DNA from: Acidimicrobiales bacterium | GTDB taxonomy: Bacteria; Actinomycetota; Acidimicrobiia; Acidimicrobiales; Bog-793 | Direction of reading: 5' to 3' | DNA length: 64,000 nt | Assembly (NCBI GenBank): GCA_035625025.1 | Contig: DASPQJ010000030.1 | Span: 2,993 to 66,992 of the forward strand | Part shown: positions 27,604 through 38,691 of the stretch, piece by piece | How positions within the stretch are numbered: the first letter of the stretch is position 1 | How the letters are laid out: every line of letters starts with the position of its first letter | Notes under the pieces: model-generated | Told to the model about the DNA's origin: nothing | Databases searched by the model: none | Seen by the model: only the letters and a program-made list of their open reading frames with translations | Program-made: the position numbers and the translations under genes

Positions 27604-30600
27604 ATGGCAGGGTCGCCGGACCGCCAGTCCTTCGCCCACCTCCACCAGCACACCGAGTACTCGATGCTCGACGGAGCGGCGCGCGTCCGAGAGCTCGTCG
27701 ACGCCGCGGCCGTCGACGGTCAGCCCGCGCTGGCGATCACCGACCACGGGAACATGTACGGCGTCCTCGAGTTCTACCGCGCCTGTCACGAGCGCGGGAT
27801 CTCGCCGATCGTCGGCATGGAGGCCTACATGGCGCGCACGTCGCGCCATGAGCGCCCGGTGCGGCGGGGCCGTCTCGACGACACCGGCGGCGAAGCCGAG
27901 CGCGGCGAGAAGCTCTACTACCACCTGACCGTCCTCGCCGAGACGAACCCGGGATACCGCAACTTGATGAAGCTCTCGTCGGAGGCCTACCTCGAGGGCT
28001 ACTACTACAAACCACGGGTCGACTGGGAGCTGCTCGAGCGCCGCCACGAGGGGCTGATCGCCACCACCGGCTGCCTCGGTGGCGTCGTCGCGCAGGCGAT
28101 CCTCGCCGGCGACGCCGCCGAGGCCCGCGGACTCGCGGGCCGCCTCCAGGAGATCTTCGGCCCGGAGAACCTCTTCGTCGAGCTGCAGGACCACGGGATC
28201 GCCGCGCAACGTCAGATCAATCCGGTCCTCGTCGAGATCGCCCGGGCGATTCGGGCGCCGCTGCTCGCGACGAACGACGGTCACTACTGCCGTCGTAGCG
28301 ACGCCGTCGCGCACGACGCGCTCCTCTGCGTGCAGACCGGCGCGACCATCAACGACCCGAAACGATTCAAGTTCGAGAGCGCTGAGCACTACCTGAAAAC
28401 CGCCGCCGAGATGCGGATGCTATTCCGCGCTCTTCCGGAGGCGTGCGACAACACCCTTGTTATCGCGGAGCGCGCCCACGTCGAGATCGAACTCGACAAG
28501 CCGACGCTTCCGGAGTTCCCGATCCCCGAGACTTTCCTCGCCGGCTCCTACGAAGCGTCGGCGTCGGCGTACCTCGCCGACCTCACCCGACGTGGCGCCG
28601 CCGAACGCTACGGATCGCCACTATCCGAAGAGGTCACGAGCCGACTCGACTACGAGCTCGGTGTGATCGCCAAGATGGGGTTCTCCGCTTATTTCCTCGT
28701 CGTTTGGGACCTCATTCGTCACGCCCGCGCGCAGAAGATCCGCGTCGGACCGGGTCGGGGTTCCGCCGCCGGCAGTCTGGTCGCTTACTGCCTGCGCATC
28801 GTCGACATCGACCCGATCCGCTACGGGCTCGTCTTCGAGCGGTTCTTGAACCCGGGCCGCAAGCAGATGCCTGACATCGACATGGACTTCGACGAGCGCT
28901 ACCGGTCCGAGATGATCCGCTACGCCTCGGAGCGGTACGGCTGGGACCACGTCGCGCAGATCGTGACTTTCTCCACGATCAAGGCACGGGCGGCGGTGCG
29001 CGACGCCGCGCGCGTCCTCGGGCTGCCCTACGCGGTCGGCGACAGGGTCGCCAAGGCGATGCCACCGCTCGTCATGGGTCGTGACGCGCCACTGCGGTTC
29101 TGCTTCGAGCAGGTCGAGGGGCACGGGGACGCCTACGTCGCGGCGACGAGCCTGCGCGAGATGTACGAGGCCGACCCCGAGGCGAAGACGGTGATCGACG
29201 TCGCGCGCGGTCTCGAGGGCCTGCGTCGCCAGGACGGCATCCACGCCGCCGCGGTCGTGATCTCGAAAGAGCCGCTCACCGAGTACATGCCGATCCAGCG
29301 CAAGCCCGAGCCCGGGACCGATCCAGCCGACGCGCCGATCGTCACGCAGTACGAGATGCACGGGGTCGAGGAGCTCGGGCTGCTGAAGATGGACATCCTC
29401 GGGCTGCGCAATCTCTCGGTGATCGAGACTGCCCTTGACCTCGTCGAGAAGGCGACTGGGACCCGTCCCGACATCGACGCCGTGGCGCTCGACGACGAGA
29501 CGACCTACGCGATGCTCCGGCGCGGCGATTCGATCGGCGTCTTCCAGCTCGAGGGCTCAGCGATGCGGTCGACGCTGCGCGCGCTGGCGCCGACATGTTT
29601 CGACGACGTCGCCGCGCTCGTGGCCCTCTACCGGCCCGGGCCGATGGCGGGGAACATGCACCGCGACTACCCGGATCTGAAGAACGGCCGGGTACCGCCC
29701 AAATACGTCCATCCCGAGATGGCGGAGGTCCTCAGCGACACCTACGGCCTGATGCTCTATCAGGAGTCCGTGATGCGTGTCGCCGAGCGTTTTGCCGGGT
29801 ACACGCTCGAGGAGGCGGACAACCTCCGCAAGGCCTGCGGGAAGAAGGACGCCGAGCTGATCGCCGCGGAGCGCGAGAAGTTCGTGCGGGGCTGCGTCGA
29901 CCGCGGTTACGGAGAGGAGCTCGGCACACGGCTTTTCAACATCATCGAGCCCTTCGCCAACTACGCCTTCAACAAGTCCCACGCCTACGGTTACGGGCTC
30001 GTCGCCTACCAGACGGCCTGGCTGAAGGCGAACCACCCCGTCGAGTACCTGGCCGCGCTCCTGTCATCGGTGAAAGACGACAAGGACCACACCGCCATCT
30101 ACCTCGGGGAGTGCCGCACTCTCGGCATCGAGGTGCGCGTGCCGGACGTCAACGAGTCGAGCTCGAATTTCACCGCCCGTCGCGGCGGCGCGCGCCCCGG
30201 GAGCCCCGGAGTGATCGTGTTCGGACTATCCGCCGTGCGCAACGTCGGCGAAGGGGTCGTCGGGCTCATCGTCGCCGAGCGCGAGAAGAACGGAGCATTC
30301 GCCGACTTCCACGACTTCTGCTGCCGGGTCGATCCGTTCGTCCTCAACAAGCGCTCGATCGAGTCGCTCATCAAGGCCGGGGCCTTCGACTCCCTCGGCC
30401 ACCCGCGTAAAGGGCTCTGCCTCGTCTTCGAGGAGATCATCGACCGCGTGCTCGCCCGGCGACGGGAGGAGGAGCTCGGGATTTCGACGTTGTTCTCGGT
30501 GCTCGCGGAAGTCCCCGCAGACGAGTCGGGCGGGCTCGACGAGGCCCGACTCGCCATTCCGGACGTCGAGTTCGACAAGACCGAGCGGCTCGCTTTTGAA

Positions 30601-31212
30601 AAGGAGATGCTCGGGCTGTACGTGAGCGACCACCCGCTCTTGGGATTCGAAGCGGCCTTGCGGCTGCGGACCGACGCGACGGTGCGCGAGCTGCTCGACC
30701 AGGCGATGTCACCGGAGGCCTTCGCCGAACTCGGCGGCTCGTCGGTCGTCGTCGGCGGCGTCGTGACCGGCCTGAACCGCCGCTACACGCGGCGCGGCGA
30801 GCTGATGGCGACCTTCGTCCTCGAGGACCTCGAAGCGGCGATCGAGGTGTTCGTCTTCCCGAAGACGATGGCGGAGCACGGGATGCGGCTCGAAGACGAC
30901 GCGATCGTCTGCGTGCGCGGGCGGCTCGACCTGCGGGAGGAAGTGCCGAAGCTCGTCGCGATGGAGGTCACGCGTCCCGAGCTCACGGCCTCCGACGAGG
31001 CCATCGAGCTCCGCGTTCCCCTCTCGTCGGTCTCGGAATCGGTCGTCGCCCGGCTGAAAGAGCTCGTCGTCGAGCACCCCGGCCCGGTGCCGGTCCACAT
31101 CCGTCTGGGGCAGAAGGTCCTGCGCCTTCCGTCCAAGTTCAACGTCGACCCGCGCGGAGGCCTCGTCGGCGCGCTGAAGGAGCTGCTCGGCGCCAACGCC
31201 GTTTCCGCCTAG
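27604..31212 (+). CDS. dnaE: DNA polymerase III alpha subunit
   Basis: Starts with the PHP domain FAHLHQHTEYSMLDGA, followed by GPGRGSAAGSLVAYCLRI, PDIDMDF, and the OB-fold and C-terminal region. About 1200 aa. The ATG is at 27604. Confidence 0.97.
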   Translation: MAGSPDRQSFAHLHQHTEYSMLDGAARVRELVDAAAVDGQPALAITDHGNMYGVLEFYRACHERGISPIVGMEAYMARTSRHERPVRRGRLDDTGGEAERGEKLYYHLTVLAETNPGYRNLMKLSSEAYLEGYYYKPRVDWELLERRHEGLIATTGCLGGVVAQAILAGDAAEARGLAGRLQEIFGPENLFVELQDHGIAAQRQINPVLVEIARAIRAPLLATNDGHYCRRSDAVAHDALLCVQTGATINDPKRFKFESAEHYLKTAAEMRMLFRALPEACDNTLVIAERAHVEIELDKPTLPEFPIPETFLAGSYEASASAYLADLTRRGAAERYGSPLSEEVTSRLDYELGVIAKMGFSAYFLVVWDLIRHARAQKIRVGPGRGSAAGSLVAYCLRIVDIDPIRYGLVFERFLNPGRKQMPDIDMDFDERYRSEMIRYASERYGWDHVAQIVTFSTIKARAAVRDAARVLGLPYAVGDRVAKAMPPLVMGRDAPLRFCFEQVEGHGDAYVAATSLREMYEADPEAKTVIDVARGLEGLRRQDGIHAAAVVISKEPLTEYMPIQRKPEPGTDPADAPIVTQYEMHGVEELGLLKMDILGLRNLSVIETALDLVEKATGTRPDIDAVALDDETTYAMLRRGDSIGVFQLEGSAMRSTLRALAPTCFDDVAALVALYRPGPMAGNMHRDYPDLKNGRVPPKYVHPEMAEVLSDTYGLMLYQESVMRVAERFAGYTLEEADNLRKACGKKDAELIAAEREKFVRGCVDRGYGEELGTRLFNIIEPFANYAFNKSHAYGYGLVAYQTAWLKANHPVEYLAALLSSVKDDKDHTAIYLGECRTLGIEVRVPDVNESSSNFTARRGGARPGSPGVIVFGLSAVRNVGEGVVGLIVAEREKNGAFADFHDFCCRVDPFVLNKRSIESLIKAGAFDSLGHPRKGLCLVFEEIIDRVLARRREEELGISTLFSVLAEVPADESGGLDEARLAIPDVEFDKTERLAFEKEMLGLYVSDHPLLGFEAALRLRTDATVRELLDQAMSPEAFAELGGSSVVVGGVVTGLNRRYTRRGELMATFVLEDLEAAIEVFVFPKTMAEHGMRLEDDAIVCVRGRLDLREEVPKLVAMEVTRPELTASDEAIELRVPLSSVSESVVARLKELVVEHPGPVPVHIRLGQKVLRLPSKFNVDPRGGLVGALKELLGANAVSA

Positions 31213-31470
31213 CGCGCCGGCCCGACACGGGTGACAGGCGTGACTGGGCCGCGCCCCGCCTCGACGAGTCGAGGGTGTGTCCGGAGAGCCCCCGGCAAGG
31301 CGGCGTCAGGCGCCCCCCGTGGCGTGCCGTGTCGCCGTTCCCGTAGACTGGGAATATCCACATCGTCGTGAGCAGGTCCTGCGTGTGGTCGTGGGGAGAA
31401 CGACGACGGGCCGCTCGGGTGAGTCGGCGCACAGCGGGACAGTAGAGCAGTGAGGGGTTTACGAAACGTG

Positions 31471-32139
31471 ATGGACGTCGCGACGAAAGACTGCACGGCG
31501 TTGAGCGACGCGGAGCTCGGCGAGCTCGCCGACCTGTGTGCGGAGAACGGGAACGGATACGAAGTCGGGTTCCTCTCCAAGCAACGCGACGAGTGGGTGC
31601 TCGTCACCCACGTCCGCGAGCAGAACAAGCTGCGCGGCTTCGCCTTCTCGACGCTCGAGAGAATCGGCGGAACACCGAGCTTGCTCGTCGGTGTCGCCTC
31701 GTTCACGCGCACCAACGTCGCCGAGCAGGCGCTGAAGGCGATCATGCGCGACCTGTTCCGCCGGGCCGTGCTCGCCTTCCCCGACGAGGACGTGCTCGTC
31801 GGCACCCGCATGGCGAACGCGGCGTCGTTCCGCGGCTACGGCGGGCTCGCCGAAGTCGTGCCGCGTCCGGGTCACAAGCCTTCGGGCGAAGAGCGAGCCT
31901 GGGGCCGACGGCTCGCCAAACGGTTCGGCGTCGACGGACAGCTCGACGACCGCGTCTTCGTCGTGAAAGGTGACGCCAACCCCACGGGGATGCTCGATTA
32001 CGCACCACGCCGCGCCCCGGCGCTGGCGACGCAACTCGCCGAGCTGTTTACCCCGCTTGACCGCTCACGTCGGGACACGCTCGTCGCGTTCGGCTGGGCG
32101 ATGGCCGAGGACCTCGCCGCCGGGAATCTTCCGAAGTAG
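31471..32139 (+). CDS. Hypothetical protein
   Basis: 222 aa with good codon bias and no motif I can name. The ATG is at 31471 (MDVATKDCTALSDAELGELADL). Confidence 0.6.
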   Translation: MDVATKDCTALSDAELGELADLCAENGNGYEVGFLSKQRDEWVLVTHVREQNKLRGFAFSTLERIGGTPSLLVGVASFTRTNVAEQALKAIMRDLFRRAVLAFPDEDVLVGTRMANAASFRGYGGLAEVVPRPGHKPSGEERAWGRRLAKRFGVDGQLDDRVFVVKGDANPTGMLDYAPRRAPALATQLAELFTPLDRSRRDTLVAFGWAMAEDLAAGNLPK

Positions 32140-32913
32140 CCTCCGCCACCGCCGCATAAGGCGCCGCGGCACCCGGCGGGGCAGCACGGCGAGGACCACC
32201 TTGGCGGCGTGCCCGTGGCGCACTGCCGCGAGTCCGCAGAGGAGGTAGCTCGGACGGAAACCGAGGGTCTCGACGAGTTCGCCGCGCCGCAGGGGATGTT
32301 CCGTCGCGAACGCCGCCCGGCGGGCGACGGGATCGGCGACGAGCACGGTCTGGGTCGTTCCCGACCACGAGATCGTGGCGACGACCTCGCCATCGGGCCG
32401 CACGGAGAGCTCGAGGGAGCGGGGTGAAGTCTCGATGACGACGACCGACTGGTTCGCCCCGTCGAGCTCGAGGTAGGCGATCGACGGTCCCCACGTCGAA
32501 AGGAGTGAGGCGCCCTGGCGCGGCGGCGACGCGAGCTGGCGGAGGAGACGCCGGGCCGGACGGCGTCGAGCTCGCCCGAGAAGCGTCGGCGGGCCCAGCG
32601 CGAGGATCGCCTCGGGCCGGGCGGGGTCCTCCGGCTCCTCGTCGTCGGCGAGGGTCACGGCGACGACGTCGAAGCGGGCGGCGAGGCGCGGCCGGCCCTC
32701 GGGGGTCCGGACCCGCTGGAGCTGCGGCGCCCCTTCGGGACGCGACCGGAGCAGCGTCCCCGAGGCGAGGTCGACGCCGACCCACTCCTCAGGTCCCGGC
32801 GACAGGACGAGACAGGTGAGCTCGGCGCCCGGCACGGCCGCGGGTCGCGTCCCGACCCGCAGGTGACGGGGGAACCGGATCCGACGGTGCCTTGGTGTCT
32901 GGGCCCTCGTCAC
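32065..32913 (-). CDS. Hypothetical protein, translationally coupled to the upstream DUF255 gene
   Basis: The GTG at 32913 overlaps the upstream stop (GTGA at 32910-32913). The region [57 protein letters not shown] looks like real protein. The rest of the 602-aa track ORF is shadow. The 3' end overlaps the convergent gene by 75 nt. Confidence 0.55.
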   Translation of the reverse strand: MTRAQTPRHRRIRFPRHLRVGTRPAAVPGAELTCLVLSPGPEEWVGVDLASGTLLRSRPEGAPQLQRVRTPEGRPRLAARFDVVAVTLADDEEPEDPARPEAILALGPPTLLGRARRRPARRLLRQLASPPRQGASLLSTWGPSIAYLELDGANQSVVVIETSPRSLELSVRPDGEVVATISWSGTTQTVLVADPVARRAAFATEHPLRRGELVETLGFRPSYLLCGLAAVRHGHAAKVVLAVLPRRVPRRLMRRWRRLLRKIPGGEVLGHRPAERDERVPT

Positions 32914-34919
32914 ATCGAGATCATTGCTGTCGCGTCGGCCACCGCGTGGTCGATCGCGGCGGAAATCTCCGCCGGGTCGGTGACCGGGGCGAGGCAAGCT
33001 CCCCGACGGCAGACGTAGGCGCCCCCGAGGTGGCGGCCGGCGACGCGCGGGCTCGGCGCTGAGGCGCCCCAGACGAGCACCCGCTCCGGCACGTAGCCGG
33101 CCGACGCCGCGGCGACGAGGTCCGGGCGGTCCCCGACGACGACGATCTCGACCGCCCCGAGCTCGAGGAAGACCGCGGCCTCGACGAGATGGGCGAAGTC
33201 GAGCGGCGAGTCCGCCAGTGCCGAACCCGCCGCGGCAACACTTTGTTCGGCGCGGGTCCACAGGGTCGTCTCCCCGGAGATCGCGGCGAGCCGCGCCAGG
33301 GCGGAGGCGGCCACCGAGCCCGCGGCGGGTGTGACGCCGTCGTAGATCTGGCGGGGGCGCACGACGAGCGTCTCGGCGTCGCTTCCCGTCGCGTACCACC
33401 CCCCGTCGGGGGCGGAGAACAGCCGGATGAGCTCGTGGGCCGCCGTGAGCGCTTCGTCGCCGAAACGGCCGACCCCGGTGAGCTCGCCGAGGCGCGTGAA
33501 ACAGTCGACGAGCCAGGCGTAGTCGGCGGCGACCCCGAGGTGGGCGGCTCGTCCGGCCTGCCAGACCCGCAGCCACCTCCCGTCCGGGCGCCGCAGCGCG
33601 GCGAGCAGGAACTCGCCGAGCTCGACCGCCCTCGTCCGCCAGAGGGTGTTCCCCGTCGCCGCCGCGGCCTCGGCGAGAACCGAGCAGGTCATCGCGTTCC
33701 ACTCGGTGACGACCTTGTCGTCGAGTGCCGGACGGACCCGTTCGCCCCGGGCGCGGCGCAGATCGACGCGGCAGCGTTCCACCTCGGCCGGCCGGAGGAG
33801 ATCGCCCCGCACCGGGCGGGAAAGGACGCTCCTCCCGTTGTCGAGGTTGCCCCCGGCGCCGACGCCGTACCACTGCGCGGCGAGGGCCGCCCTTTTCGCG
33901 CCGAGGACCCCGATGAGCTCCTCGAAAGTCCAGGCGTAGAAACGCCCTTCCTCGCCTTCGGAATCGGCGTCCTCGGACGACCGGATGCCGCCGGCGGGGT
34001 CACGGAGGACGTCGAGCACGTAGCCCAGCGTCTCGTCGAGCACCTGGCGCCAGCGGCTGTCACCCGTCACCTGCCAGGCGTGCAGGTAGCAGCGGCTGAG
34101 CGCGGCCTGGTCATAGGCCATCTTCTCGAAATGGGGCACGAGCCAGCGACGATCGACCGAGTAGCGCGCGAAGCCACCCCCGAGGTGGTCGTAGATACCG
34201 CCCGAGGCCATCGCCGCGAGCGTCGTCGTCGCCATCTCGAGGGTGCGGGGGCGTCGGAGTCGGTGGGCGCGCAACAGCAGCTCGAGCCGCGGCGCCTGGG
34301 GGAACTTCGGCGCGCCGCCGAGGCCGCCGTATTCGGGGTCGAAGTTCGCGGCGAAGCCAGCGACCGCCCGGTCGACGAGCCCCGAGGCGTCCGGGACCGT
34401 CGTCGCCGGCCCCGGCGAACCGAGCCGAGCCGCGACGGCCGCGGTGAGCTCGTCCGCTTGCCGGCCGATCTCGTCGCGCCGGTTCGTCCAGGTCGCCGAG
34501 ACTGCCTTGAGCACGTCGGCGAAGGCCGGCAGGCCGTGGGCGGCGTGGCGCGGGAAGTAGGTGCCGCCGAAGAACGGGCGGCCCTCGGGGGTCGCGAAGA
34601 CCGTGAGTGGCCATCCCGCTTGGCCCTGCAACGCCTGGACGGCCTCGAGGTAGACGGCGTCGACGTCGGGCCGCTCCTCCCGGTCGACTTTGATGGCGAC
34701 GAAGCCATCGTTGATGAGGTGGGCGACGGCTTCGTTCTCGAAGGATTCGTGGGCCATGACGTGACACCAGTGACACGCGGCGTAGCCGATCGAGATGAGC
34801 ACGGGATGGTCGAGGCCCCGGGCGCGGGCAAAGGCTTCCTCGCCCCAGGGGAACCAGTCGACCGGGTTGTCCCGGTGCTGGCGGAGATAGGGGCTGAGTT
34901 CGTCGGCGAGGTGGTTCAT
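32910..34919 (-). CDS. Thioredoxin-domain protein, DUF255 / YyaL (SSP411-like) family
   Basis: [68 protein letters not shown] is the hallmark N-terminus, followed by a long alpha-toroid-like C-terminal part. The ATG at 34919 overlaps the menE stop (ATGA). Confidence 0.85.
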   Translation of the reverse strand: MNHLADELSPYLRQHRDNPVDWFPWGEEAFARARGLDHPVLISIGYAACHWCHVMAHESFENEAVAHLINDGFVAIKVDREERPDVDAVYLEAVQALQGQAGWPLTVFATPEGRPFFGGTYFPRHAAHGLPAFADVLKAVSATWTNRRDEIGRQADELTAAVAARLGSPGPATTVPDASGLVDRAVAGFAANFDPEYGGLGGAPKFPQAPRLELLLRAHRLRRPRTLEMATTTLAAMASGGIYDHLGGGFARYSVDRRWLVPHFEKMAYDQAALSRCYLHAWQVTGDSRWRQVLDETLGYVLDVLRDPAGGIRSSEDADSEGEEGRFYAWTFEELIGVLGAKRAALAAQWYGVGAGGNLDNGRSVLSRPVRGDLLRPAEVERCRVDLRRARGERVRPALDDKVVTEWNAMTCSVLAEAAAATGNTLWRTRAVELGEFLLAALRRPDGRWLRVWQAGRAAHLGVAADYAWLVDCFTRLGELTGVGRFGDEALTAAHELIRLFSAPDGGWYATGSDAETLVVRPRQIYDGVTPAAGSVAASALARLAAISGETTLWTRAEQSVAAAGSALADSPLDFAHLVEAAVFLELGAVEIVVVGDRPDLVAAASAGYVPERVLVWGASAPSPRVAGRHLGGAYVCRRGACLAPVTDPAEISAAIDHAVADATAMISM

Positions 34920-36064
34920 CGACCGATATCGCCCTCGGCGAGGGCCCGTTTCAAGGTGTCCCGGCGGACCTTGCCGATCCCCGTGCGGGGCAACGCCGGA
35001 ACGAGGACGAGCTCCTTGGGCGCCGCGATCGGGCCGAGCTCGCCGCGCACGAGCTCTCGCAGCTCGTCGAGCGTCGGCGGCGACGCGTCGGTGGTCTCGA
35101 CGACGGCGACGACGCGTTCGCCCCACTCGGGGTCCGGGACGCCGACGATGACGACCTCGGCGACGCCGGGGTGGGCGCGCAGCACGGCCTCGACCGGCAC
35201 GGGCCAGACCGACTCGCCTCCCGTGCGGATCACGTCCGCCATCCGTCCGAAGACTTCGAGCTGACCTTGCGGCGAGAGCATCCCCGCGTCGCCCGTCCGG
35301 AACCAGCCGTCGGCGTCCTTCGGGTCGTCGCCGAAACGGTAGGCGCGCAGGAGCATCGGGCCACGCAGGACGATCTCTCCGCCGGCGGCGATCCGGATCT
35401 CGACGCCGTCGAGCGGCCAGCCGTCGTAGACGACGCCGCTTCCCGTCTCGGTCATGCCGTAGGTCGCGACGGCGTTGCGCGGCCGCACGTTCGGCATCGG
35501 CCCCCCACCGAGGACGATCGTGCGGAAGCGCGCCGCTTCGGCGCCGAGCCGCGCGCAGGTGGTCGGGACGAGCGAGACGAGGGTCGCGCCCCGGGCCGCG
35601 GCCGAGGTCACCCCGCCGACGGCGAAGACGGGCTGCACCTCGAGGGGGGTGCCGGTCGCCAGGGCCCGTGTGACGACGGCAAGCCCCCCGACGTGGGCGA
35701 GCGGCAGGCAGCACAGCCACTTGTCCCGGGCGGGATCGACGCCGAGGCGAGTGCTGACGGCGCACGCCGACGCCGTCACCGCGTCGTGGGTGAGGACGAC
35801 GCCGCGCGGTTCCCCCGTCGTGCCCGAGGTCGCGACGACGTAGGCGTCGCCCTCCTCGATCGGGCGGGCCGCGGCGAGTTTGGTCTCGTCGCCATCGGCC
35901 CCCACGACGACGGCGGGGCGGAGGGCCTCGAGGACGCGGATCTTGGCCGGAGCGGGGAGGCGCTGGTCAACCGGGAGGACGGCGTCGCCGGCGTCATGAA
36001 CTCGCCGCATCGCGGCGACGAACCCGGCGTCGCCCGCCATGTCCAGGGCGACGAGCCGACGCAC
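34916..36064 (-). CDS. menE: o-Succinylbenzoate-CoA ligase (short actinobacterial MenE type, AMP-binding family)
   Basis: Has the AMP-binding motif [18 protein letters not shown], then YGMTETG and GWFRTGD. It sits in a men cluster context. The start may be the internal Met at 36040. Confidence 0.8.
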   Translation of the reverse strand: MRRLVALDMAGDAGFVAAMRRVHDAGDAVLPVDQRLPAPAKIRVLEALRPAVVVGADGDETKLAAARPIEEGDAYVVATSGTTGEPRGVVLTHDAVTASACAVSTRLGVDPARDKWLCCLPLAHVGGLAVVTRALATGTPLEVQPVFAVGGVTSAAARGATLVSLVPTTCARLGAEAARFRTIVLGGGPMPNVRPRNAVATYGMTETGSGVVYDGWPLDGVEIRIAAGGEIVLRGPMLLRAYRFGDDPKDADGWFRTGDAGMLSPQGQLEVFGRMADVIRTGGESVWPVPVEAVLRAHPGVAEVVIVGVPDPEWGERVVAVVETTDASPPTLDELRELVRGELGPIAAPKELVLVPALPRTGIGKVRRDTLKRALAEGDIGR

Positions 36065-36085
36065 TCACGGTAGCCTAACGGCCTC

Positions 36086-36937
36086 ATGACGACTGCTGAG
36101 CTGGGCCTGCCCGCCTGGGAGGCGAGCGGCGACTACGACGACATCACGTACGAGACGGCCGAGGGGATCGCCAAGCTGACGATCTGCCGGCCGGAGGTCC
36201 GCAACGCCTTCCGGCCCCGGACGATCAGCGAGCTCGGCCGAGCGCTCACGGTCGCCCGCGACGATCCGGAGATCGGCGTCATCATCCTCACCGGGCAGGG
36301 CTCCGAGGCGTTCTGTGCCGGAGGGGACCAGAAGGTCCGCGGCGAGGACGGGTACCTCGGGGACGACTCGGTCGGGGGGCGCGGCATCGGCCGGCTGAAC
36401 GTCCTCGATCTGCAGATCCAGATCCGCCGGTTGCCGAAGCCCGTCGTCGCGATGGTCGCCGGTTACGCCATCGGCGGTGGCCACGTCCTCCATCTCGTCT
36501 GTGATCTGACGATCGCGGCGGACAACGCCCAGTTCGGTCAGAACGGCCCGCGCGTCGGCAGTTTCGACGCCGGATTCGGCGCCGGGTTGCTGGCGAGGAC
36601 GATCGGTACGAAACGGGCGAAGGAGATCTGGTTCCTCTGCCGCCACTACGACGCGTCACGCGCTCTGGCGATGGGGCTCGTGAACGCCGTCGTGCCGCTC
36701 GATCGGTTGGAGCTCGAGACGGTCGCCTGGTGCCGGGAGATGCTGCGACTCTCGCCGATGACACTGCGCCTGCTGAAGGCCGGGTTCAACGCCGCCGAGG
36801 ACGGTCTGGCGGGAGTCCAGCAACTCGCCGGGGACGCGACGATGCTCTTTTACATGACCGAGGAGGCCCAGGAGGGCCGCGACGCCTTCGTCGAACACCG
36901 CCCAGCGGACTTTGGCCGTTTTCCACGCCGGCCGTGA
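36086..36937 (+). CDS. menB: 1,4-dihydroxy-2-naphthoyl-CoA synthase
   Basis: [39 protein letters not shown] and [13 protein letters not shown] give the crotonase fold with MenB-specific motifs. Confidence 0.95.
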   Translation: MTTAELGLPAWEASGDYDDITYETAEGIAKLTICRPEVRNAFRPRTISELGRALTVARDDPEIGVIILTGQGSEAFCAGGDQKVRGEDGYLGDDSVGGRGIGRLNVLDLQIQIRRLPKPVVAMVAGYAIGGGHVLHLVCDLTIAADNAQFGQNGPRVGSFDAGFGAGLLARTIGTKRAKEIWFLCRHYDASRALAMGLVNAVVPLDRLELETVAWCREMLRLSPMTLRLLKAGFNAAEDGLAGVQQLAGDATMLFYMTEEAQEGRDAFVEHRPADFGRFPRRP

Positions 36938-36971
36938 AGGCCGCGGAACCCTCGTGGAACTGAGGCGGTAA

Positions 36972-37838
36972 GTGGCGGGAGCGGCCCAGTGGTTTGCCGC
37001 GGCCCGTCCTCGCACGCTGCCCGCTTCGGTCGTCCCCGTCGCGGTCGGCGTCGCCGTGGCTCGATCGACGGGACACGTCGTCGCGTGGCACGCCGTCCTC
37101 GCGCTCGTCGTGTCGCTGGCGATGCAGATCGGCGCCAACTACGCCAACGACTACTCCGACGGCGTGCGCGGCACGGACGCACAACGGTTCGGGCCGAGCC
37201 GCCTCGTCGCCTCCGGGAGCGCCAGCCCGGCGGCGGTGCGCTCCGCCGCCTTGGCGAGTTTCGCGGTCGGCGCGGTCGCGGGCCTGGTCCTCGCCCTCGC
37301 GGTGTCGCCGTGGCTGATCGCGGTGGGGGCGGCGGCGATCGCCTCCGCCTGGCTGTACACCGGTGGCCCCCGGCCGTACGGCTACGCCGGGTACGGGGAA
37401 GTTTTCGACTTCGTGTTCTTCGGCCTCGTCGCCGTCGTCGGGACGACGTACGTCGCGTCGGGGAAGCTTCCCGCCCTCAGTTTCGTCGCCGCGATTCCCG
37501 TCGGGTTGCTGGCGGTCGCGCTTTTGGTCGCGAACAACCTGCGCGACATCGTCTCCGACGCGCAATCCGCCAAACGGACCCTCGCGGTGCGGCTCGGCGA
37601 CCGGCGGACACGCTTCCTGTACGTCGCGCTGGTCGTCGGTGCCTTCGCCACCTCGGCGGCGGTCGCCCCGTGGCGGAACTTCGCCCTTTTCGGCTTGGCC
37701 GCCGCCCCCGTCGCCGCGGTTCCGCTGCGCCGGGTTCGCTCCGGCGCGACCGGCGAGAAACTTGTCCCTGTGCTCGCGCTGACCGGAGCCGTCGAGGCCG
37801 TCTTCGGGCTCGTCTTCGCGATCGGCATCGCGCTGTGA
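36972..37838 (+). CDS. menA: 1,4-dihydroxy-2-naphthoate polyprenyltransferase
   Basis: Carries the UbiA-family motif ANDYSDGVRGTD and a second Asp-rich region NNLRDIVSD, with about 8 hydrophobic segments. Confidence 0.9.
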   Translation: MAGAAQWFAAARPRTLPASVVPVAVGVAVARSTGHVVAWHAVLALVVSLAMQIGANYANDYSDGVRGTDAQRFGPSRLVASGSASPAAVRSAALASFAVGAVAGLVLALAVSPWLIAVGAAAIASAWLYTGGPRPYGYAGYGEVFDFVFFGLVAVVGTTYVASGKLPALSFVAAIPVGLLAVALLVANNLRDIVSDAQSAKRTLAVRLGDRRTRFLYVALVVGAFATSAAVAPWRNFALFGLAAAPVAAVPLRRVRSGATGEKLVPVLALTGAVEAVFGLVFAIGIAL

Positions 37839-37870
37839 AAAGAACCTTTCTTGACGGCGCGCCGGGCGCG

Positions 37871-38686
37871 CTATGGCGCGCCCGGCGACGTCAACCAGGA
37901 GGCGAGGATCTCGGCGAAAAGAAGCGGTGCCTCGAACGGCGCGGCGTGGCCGACGCCCGGAATCGACCGGAAGGTCGCGTTGGCGCCGATCGTCCCGGCC
38001 AGGCGGCGCCCGAGCCGGGAGTAGGGGCGGTCGAGGCCGCCGGCGACGATGAGGACCGGCATCGCGAGCCGGTGCAACCGGACCGCGTCGTAGTCCTGGG
38101 TCCCGGTCCCGAGCGTGCGCAACGCCCGGGCGAGGCCGTCGGTCGTGTTCTCGCGGCGCGCCGCCAAGCCGGCCGCAGACCGTTCGAGATGAGCAAAGGG
38201 CGGTGCCGCGAGCCACTCGGCAAGGAAGGCGTCGATCGTGAGTCGTCCCTTTCCGGTCGCCTCGAGTCGGCTGGCGAGGGCGTCGTCGGCGCGACGGCGC
38301 ACCGCCCGCTCGTCGAGGTCCGCGATCCCGGGGTGCGCGCCGACGAGGACGAGGCGGCGCACCGACCCGGGGCAGGAAAATGCGGCGTGGAGGGCGACAC
38401 GACCCCCCATCGAGTAGCCGACGTAGGTCGCCTCACCCCCCGCGGCGGCGACGAGGCGTCCGGCCTGGGGAAGGTCCCGGACCCCGACGTCCGCCGACCG
38501 CCCGTGGCCCGGCAGGTCGACGGTGAGGACCTCGTGGTGCCGCGAGAGGTCCGTGGCGATTCTCCGCCAAGACCGACCGGTCTGGGTGAAGCCGTGGACG
38601 AGGACGAGGCGCGGACCCGCGCCGGTGCGGTCGACGGCGAGGGCGCGCGGCGCGCCGGAGCCGGCGTCGCGTCGCGGCCGGGGCAT
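37871..38686 (-). CDS. menH: Alpha/beta hydrolase, probable SHCHC synthase
   Basis: LVLVHGFTQTGRSW and the nucleophile elbow GYSMGGRVAL are present. It is divergent from menD with a 5-nt gap. The MenH assignment rests on context. The ATG is at 38686; the rest of the 451-aa track ORF is shadow. Confidence 0.65.
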   Translation of the reverse strand: MPRPRRDAGSGAPRALAVDRTGAGPRLVLVHGFTQTGRSWRRIATDLSRHHEVLTVDLPGHGRSADVGVRDLPQAGRLVAAAGGEATYVGYSMGGRVALHAAFSCPGSVRRLVLVGAHPGIADLDERAVRRRADDALASRLEATGKGRLTIDAFLAEWLAAPPFAHLERSAAGLAARRENTTDGLARALRTLGTGTQDYDAVRLHRLAMPVLIVAGGLDRPYSRLGRRLAGTIGANATFRSIPGVGHAAPFEAPLLFAEILASWLTSPGAP

Positions 38687-38691
38687 CGGCC

